A DNA stretch of 64,000 nt from Phaeosaccion multiseriatum (lineage: Eukaryota > Protista > Ochrophyta, other classes), in the NCBI GenBank assembly GCA_965112735.1, contig OZ218955.1, positions 620,001 through 684,000 on the forward strand, written 5' to 3'. Both the position numbers and the translations under genes were made by a program. Below are positions 61,498-64,000 of this stretch, in pieces. The notes under the pieces are model-generated. The model was given only the letters and a program-made list of their open reading frames with translations, had not been told where the DNA came from and did no database searches. Every line of letters starts with the position of its first letter. Position 1 is the first letter of the stretch.

Positions 61498-64000
61498 TCA
61501 GCAGGCGAGGTAGGGCGTTTGTTTGAAGGGCGCAATAGGCACTCCAGCGAAATGCCAGGTCCCCGCTCCAGTAGTAGCAGTAGGGCCAGCACGGGAAGAA
61601 GGCGGGCGAACCACTTGGCCCCTGCTGGGTCGAGAGTTGTCCCCCACAATGCTGCCGGGCTTCACAATGCCGCCCCCTACCAGGCGACTCTCCCTACCGA
61701 GGACGACCGAGTGGCCGACCTTGATTGGGCGTAGCTCAACCTCTCCCAGCTGGATGGAGTGTGGAGATATCGTGACACCCCTCGAGACCATCACTCCCTC
61801 GCCAATGGTGATCAACTCAAGCTCCGTGTTCCACCTCGACTCAATGTACGCTGACATGCTCACGGAGGCACCCATGAGCCTGACGAAGAGGGGGTACAGA
61901 GGCGTGCCCAGCGTCCATGCCAATCGAGCGGACCCCAAGCTCTCCAGCAAGAGATACATGAAATACGCATCTCCTCTCCCACTCTCCCGTGAGAAGGAGG
62001 CTTCTCGCGTTCGGCCAAAGACCTTCTTAAATGCGATGCTGGAGCACACTTCGGCAACGTGAAACAGGAGCAGCGCCACTGGCAAGAGCAGAGTCTGCGT
62101 GTCGAAGCGGCTCCAGATGGCGATTTGCGGCCGGTCCAGGCCTACGTCTCCGCTGGCGTAGAAGTCGGTGATGGGCTGCTGGAAGAGATGAAGGAACTCG
62201 TAGGGAACGATGGCGCAGCAAAACAGCCTGGCGACATGCACTGCCACAACAAGCATGCTCAGCAGGGTACGCATTCCCAACCTCCTTCCTCCCCTCGCCC
62301 GCCACCCCTGCTCCTCCTCGTCTGCACCTGCTCCATGGTGCTCGCTCTTCTTCACCTTCTCGCGCCCCTTTCCTCGGTTGTACGTTGTGGCGGGCGAGAC
62401 CCGGGCAGGCAGGCCTGTCATTATGGCCCCCTCGGGTACCTCGGCTCCCTCAGGCACGCAGGAGCAGGAGGTGATGAGCGCACGACGTCCCAGGGAGGCG
62501 CCCGCCCCAATGATGGTCTTGTCGCCAAGCGTGGCGCCTTCACCGACGGAGCAGCCCAGCAGTACGCCAGTGCCACTACAGGGCATTGGGCAGTGATTGC
62601 AGATTGCCAGTAGAGGGGGAAGAGGAAGGAGGAGAGAGAATCGGAAGGAAGAAGCTTGTTGGACGAGGCGGCCGGTCGGAAGATAAACGACAGACATAGA
62701 CACTACTGAGCCATCGCATGCACTGGCCTTAGTCAGCTCCCCCACCCCCCAGACTTACCTGCTCTCTGTGTGGAGCGTCAGGCCGCTCCCTAAGAAGGCG
62801 TTTGCCCCAATGTCCAGCGTGTCAGGGTCACTGAGCACCACTGCACCGCCGATGGACGCACTCCAGCTGATGGACGCGCCAAGGAGCTTGTACCACAAGA
62901 CCATCAGCTCCGTGCCGGAGAAGAAGCTCATCATGAGCAGGTGCGAGAGTCCTGTCAGCCGATTGGCAGTCTCCCGACGGGCGAGCGCACAGGTAGACAT
63001 GTCATTCATTTGCCGACCCTTGCTCAGTTTGCCGACGAGCACCCACTTCAAGACCACGCCCACGATCACGGCAGTAGTGCTGATGATTGCCAACCAGAGG
63101 AAGAGCAGGAGGATACCAGTGTAGCGCCCAGCGCTGACCTTGTTGGAAGCCTCTAGCTGGAATGCGATTGCCGCCAGGAAGCCTGGCAGGAGCGTGATGG
63201 CTAAGCACGTGCCAAGCAACATGAGCTGCATCCAGCCCTTGGATGCCAGCGCTGGTCCTCTGATAGGGGGCTGTTGAGGCGGTATGCGAATCGCCGCTGG
63301 ATTGCCCTCGTAGAGTCGCGCTCCCGCGAGCCGCGTGCCAGAGGGCACCGTCGCTTTCACTCCAATGGTGACATTGTCCTCAAGCCTCGCTCCTCCGTGG
63401 ACAGAGCTCACTGCTCCCAAGTCGCAGCCAGATCCGATCACCACCTGCATGCCGGACATGGAGGGGATATGGAGTGCAGATGGGGGTATCGTCACTATTG
63501 GCTCTGCAGACAACGATGGGAAGTGTGTGCATCCAAAGGTAGGCGCCACATACCGACACCGCCTGCTGCTGGCAGTAGCTACTTGGGCTCCCGCTCGCTC
63601 ACCTTGTCGTAGCTGATCCTCATGTCCCCAATCAGTGTCTTGGGGGAGATCATGACACTATCGCTCACAAGGCAGTTGTCGCCAATGTGTACCAAGTCAA
63701 ACTCGCTCAGGCGCACCTGCAAACAACAACGAGGATCAAGCAGCAGGGAAAGAGGACGACAAGCAAAGAGTGCTTTAGCTGCCGCCCGCTTCGTCTGCTT
63801 TGCTTCTTGCCACCTCCTCGCCCCGCACCGCACGAATAGCCCGGTAGACTACGGGCAGGTGGTTCCGTGGTTCCTTCTTACGGGTCACGTACCCCTGTCA
63901 GATCGCATCCGTCGCCGATGTGAGCTCCCATCATGCGGTACAGAGGCACGAGTACGACGGAGTCCGAGAGGGCAATCCCGACCAGCGGGTGGAAGAAGTA
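61498..64000 (-). CDS. Second copy of the megasynthase, 3' exons (Pls/PosA-type terminal domain); 5' part lies outside the window
   Basis: Frames and splice sites intact; differences include K>Q, V>M, I>V, S>P and a 6-bp in-frame insertion (GPTATTGAG versus GSTAGAG). Confidence 0.85.

Larger units (their letters stand above)
60127..64000. repeat. Near-identical segmental duplicate of 46400-50321 (offset about 13,675-13,683 bp), running off the window end
   Basis: Colinear exons, introns and intergenic DNA with scattered SNPs and small indels. Confidence 0.97.

Overview
Gene-dense, GC-rich eukaryotic nuclear DNA with short GT-AG introns full of microsatellites. A dynein-2 intermediate chain gene and an ASAF-type bipartite plastid presequence point to a flagellated alga with a complex red-derived plastid, most likely an ochrophyte (inference). 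Genes in order: ankyrin-repeat protein (-), WRKY19-like CX4CX9CX2H zinc-finger-repeat protein (-), WDR60/DYNC2I1 (+), Delta24-sterol reductase-like (+), AT-hook/PHD/AP2/PHD protein (-), ankyrin-DHHC palmitoyltransferase (+), prenylcysteine oxidase/lyase (+), plastid FKBP (-), kynurenine-monooxygenase-like FAD monooxygenase (+). Next is the stand-out locus: an intron-containing megasynthase (-) with the order FAAL-like adenylation - ACP - KS - ACP - Pls/PosA-type membrane terminal domain, with no AT, KR or TE, apparently preceded by an extra copy of its own adenylation C-terminal subdomain. The locus is being duplicated: 60127-64000 repeats 46400-50321 with an offset of about 13.7 kb, and the junction at a (TG)n tract cuts a degenerate histone-deacetylase-like gene. 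A 12-16 nt word (GCAGTTGGTGATACAG) and a 10-nt unit (GATGGCAGTN) recur through unrelated exons and introns on both strands. All exon boundaries were read by eye and no database search was run.
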